Shown here in pieces: positions 33,245-35,625 of a stretch of DNA of 35,625 bases. The translations under genes were made by a program, and so were the position numbers. The notes under the pieces were generated by a model, which was not told where the DNA came from, ran no database searches, and saw nothing but the letters and a program-made list of their open reading frames with translations. Every line of letters starts with the position of its first letter. Position 1 is the stretch's first letter. Source of the DNA: Verrucomicrobiota bacterium (GTDB lineage: Bacteria > Verrucomicrobiota > Verrucomicrobiia > Chthoniobacterales > UBA10450); the NCBI GenBank assembly GCA_046731655.1, contig JBKPLM010000056.1:1-35625 (forward strand). Reading direction: 5' to 3'.

Positions 33245-35238
33245 GCCGCTGGATCATCGATCATCTCTGGTTGATCCCTGCGGTGCCGTTCGCGGTTTCA
33301 TTGGTAATTTTGAGCTTGCCGAATGGTCGGCACAGAAGCGCAGCCGCGCTCGCGGTTGCTGGGCAAATCGCCGCGCTTGCAATTTCGTTTTTTGCGTTCC
33401 TGCCGACGCTGCAACTGCCCGGATTCCGCGGCGTCCAGAATTTCAACTGGTTCACCTTCGGCGATCACGCGCTACGTCTGGGATGGCTTCTGGATCCACT
33501 CGCGGCCGTCATGCTGCTGATGATTACGCTCGTCGGGCTTTGCATCTTCGTCTTCAGCACCGGTTACATGGCCGGCGACAAAAATTTCGTCCGCTTTTTT
33601 GCTTATCTCTCGTTTTTCTCTGGTTCAATGCTGGGGCTCGTTATTTCGAACAGTTTGCTTCTTCTGTTTATCTGCTGGGAGCTAGTCGGCTTGGCGTCCT
33701 ATTTGCTCATTGGGTTTTGGATTGAGCGACCGAGCGCCGCCGCGGCGGCAAAAAAAGCGTTCGTTACCACTCGCATTGGCGACATGGGATTTTTCCTTGG
33801 CTTGCTCTGGCTCTACGGCCGCAGTGGCACGCTTCTCTTTTACGACGGTGGTAACGGCTGTCTGGAAAGCGCCGGTCTCGCCATGCTCGGCGCGAGCGCC
33901 ACGTCTATTGCGCTGCTGATTTTCTGCGGCGCGGTGGGCAAGTCAGGGCAATTCCCGCTGCATGTTTGGTTGCCGGATGCGATGGAAGGCCCGACGCCGG
34001 TCAGCGCGCTGATCCATGCCGCAACGATGGTTGCTGCCGGTGTTTTTCTGGTCGCACGTGTGTATCCGCTCTTCTCGTTAGACGCAATCAACGGGGTGAC
34101 ATCATCGCTTACGGTCGTCGTGGGGATTGGAGTCACAACGGCATTAATGGCCGCGCTCATCGCGATAGCGCAGGCTGACATCAAACGCATCCTCGCGTAT
34201 TCCACTGTCTCGCAACTTGGTTTGATGATGGTCTCTCTCGGGGTGGGCGGTGTCGCCGCCGGGATGATGCATCTGCTGGCGCACGGTTTTTTCAAAGCGC
34301 TCTTGTTTCTCGGCGCTGGTTCGGTCATTCACGGCTGCCATGGCGAACAGGACATTCGGAAGATGGGCGGCCTGCGCCGGTTGATGCCAGTCACGTTTTT
34401 AACTTATGCAATCGGTATGATGGCTCTGAGCGGCGTACCGCTCTTCTTTTCCGGCGGTTGGACAAAAGAGGAAATCCTGCATGTGACTGCGCATTGGCCG
34501 GCTTCCCGCTTGCCCTATTGTTTTCTGCTGGCAGGCGTCGTCCTCACCGTGGTCTACATGACGCGGCAAATCATCTACGTCTTCTTGGGTGATCGGCGCG
34601 CTGCCTCTCAGCAAGCGTACGAAAGCCCGCCTGTGATGACGATGCCGCTCATCGCACTTGCGATTTGTGTAATCTTATTCAGTGTCGTCTTAACGCCAGC
34701 ATGGCCCTGGCTGCATGACTATCTAACGGGCCATCCTTCCCACTTTGAAATCGCGCGCTTGATTCAGCCAGCGCTTTTTCTGTCGCTCGTTCTTGTGGGC
34801 GTGGGCTTCGCGCTCGGCATCTGGCTGTATCGCAAGGCCGGGATGCAAGATCGACAACGTCCCGCCGACATCGATCCGCTCGAATTCGCGCAGCCCCAAT
34901 TATTTCGATTCCTCGAAAATAAAATGTGGATCGATGAACTTTATGCTCGCACGGTCATCGCGTTTAGTTGGATGAGTGCTTGTCTGTCCGACTGGATGGA
35001 CCGCCAGTTCTGGGATCGCCTGGTGCGCGGGTTTGGCGGGATCGGTCAACTCTTTGGAATTTTTACGGCCGGTGTCGATGAGCGCGGCATCAATGCTGGA
35101 GTCGATGAGACGACCGCTGGCACTCGCGGTCTGGGCCGTCTGATTTCCGCGGCGCACTCTGGACAAATCCAAACATATCTCGGCGTCATCGCGATCGGTA
35201 TGCTGGCGTTATTGCTTTTATACGCATGGTTGGCTTGA
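33241..35238 (+). CDS. nuoL: NADH-quinone oxidoreductase subunit L
   Basis: The start overlaps the nuoK stop (ATGA). Length 665 aa. Motifs: WELVGLASYLLIGFW, GKSGQFPLHVWLPDAMEGPTPVSALIHAATMV, HGFFKALLFLGAGSVIH. Confidence 0.92.
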   Translation: MSRWIIDHLWLIPAVPFAVSLVILSLPNGRHRSAAALAVAGQIAALAISFFAFLPTLQLPGFRGVQNFNWFTFGDHALRLGWLLDPLAAVMLLMITLVGLCIFVFSTGYMAGDKNFVRFFAYLSFFSGSMLGLVISNSLLLLFICWELVGLASYLLIGFWIERPSAAAAAKKAFVTTRIGDMGFFLGLLWLYGRSGTLLFYDGGNGCLESAGLAMLGASATSIALLIFCGAVGKSGQFPLHVWLPDAMEGPTPVSALIHAATMVAAGVFLVARVYPLFSLDAINGVTSSLTVVVGIGVTTALMAALIAIAQADIKRILAYSTVSQLGLMMVSLGVGGVAAGMMHLLAHGFFKALLFLGAGSVIHGCHGEQDIRKMGGLRRLMPVTFLTYAIGMMALSGVPLFFSGGWTKEEILHVTAHWPASRLPYCFLLAGVVLTVVYMTRQIIYVFLGDRRAASQQAYESPPVMTMPLIALAICVILFSVVLTPAWPWLHDYLTGHPSHFEIARLIQPALFLSLVLVGVGFALGIWLYRKAGMQDRQRPADIDPLEFAQPQLFRFLENKMWIDELYARTVIAFSWMSACLSDWMDRQFWDRLVRGFGGIGQLFGIFTAGVDERGINAGVDETTAGTRGLGRLISAAHSGQIQTYLGVIAIGMLALLLLYAWLA

Positions 35239-35625
35239 TCAGCGTCCTCATCTTAATCCCGCTGCTCGGCGCGCTGGCGCTTTTTGCCGCCCCGGTAAAA
35301 AATGCGCGTCCGATCGCATTGTTGTTTAACGCTCTGGCCGCCTCTGATGCAGTGGTGTTGTGGCAGCACTTCGATATTCGGGTTGCCGGCGTTCAATTGG
35401 TCGAACGCCACGCATGGATCCCTGCAATCGGTGCTGAATACCTGGTCGGGATCGACGGTTTGAGCCTGCTGCTGGTGTTACTTACCTCGCTCATTATTCC
35501 TTTCGCGTTTCTTGCGCAGAGGATGGACCGCGGGTTTTACGGGCTGATGTTGATCATGCAATCCGCGCTCTAAGGCACGTTCACGGCCCAAAATTTTGTT
35601 CTCTGGTTTTTGTTTTACGAGATGA
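35226..35625 (+). pseudogene. nuoM: nuoM (NADH-quinone oxidoreductase subunit M) 5' part, interrupted by an in-frame TAA at 35571-35573; continues past the window end
   Basis: MVGLISVLILIPLLGALALF...GIDGLSLLLVLLTSLIIPF...GFYGLMLIMQSAL-TAA-GTFTAQNFVLWFLFYEM. The sequence after the stop stays in the same frame and matches the conserved NuoM helix (compare E. coli ...GGVIGVFLAIDMFLFFFFWEMM...). This could be a true pseudogene, a strain variant or a sequencing error. Confidence 0.6.

Noticed and set aside
35571-35573. The TAA in nuoM as evidence for an alternative genetic code.
   Set aside because: TAA (as well as TGA and TAG) closes well-supported genes at the expected positions elsewhere in the window, so a genome-wide reassignment is not supported.
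1-35625. A by-eye search for CRISPR arrays, tRNA/rRNA genes, transposases, integrases, reverse transcriptases, toxin-antitoxin pairs and known defence-system hallmarks.
   Set aside because: None were recognised. The only repeats seen are the short structured arrays reported above. A covariance-model scan (tRNAscan-SE or Infernal) would be needed to exclude small RNAs.

Overview
This is a 35.6-kb chromosomal window at roughly 50-55% GC by eye. I saw no rRNA, tRNA, CRISPR array, transposase or integrase. All calls come from reading the translations and recalling family motifs; no searches were run. The style of the intergenic repeats and the gene content suggest a PVC-group (Verrucomicrobiota-like) soil bacterium, but that is a low-confidence inference. 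Left half (1-15.7 kb): the 3' end of a TonB-dependent receptor gene, followed by seven consecutive genes for large polytopic GT-C-fold glycosyltransferase-like membrane proteins. Five of the seven are TMTC-like: a DUF1736-type membrane domain plus a C-terminal TPR array ending in a shared C-terminal cap. They fall into two subfamilies, A on the minus strand and B on the plus strand. The other two are ArnT/PMT-like and DUF2142-like, arranged back to back. This paralog battery is the best candidate for an undescribed system (periplasmic, lipid-linked-sugar-dependent glycosylation with TPR-guided substrate choice). Right half: a membrane-anchored alkaline-phosphatase homolog that seems to have lost its nucleophile and most metal ligands; gpmI; an MmcB-like PD-(D/E)xK protein overlapping hemB; coaX; a 1104-aa single-pass protein (duplicated periplasmic TPR module, S/T/A/P-rich linker, TM helix, disordered acidic region, C-terminal array of an unfamiliar FEIAxxQLxP motif); an M29 aminopeptidase; rsmB; ugd; lptD; and a nuoH-J-K-L-M unit. 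That nuo unit lacks nuoA-G upstream and nuoI between H and J, and its nuoM carries an in-frame TAA. Three intergenic regions and one coding loop contain an unusual class of structured repeat: short tandem arrays of 7-10 bp units arranged as inverted arms or flanking a small palindrome.
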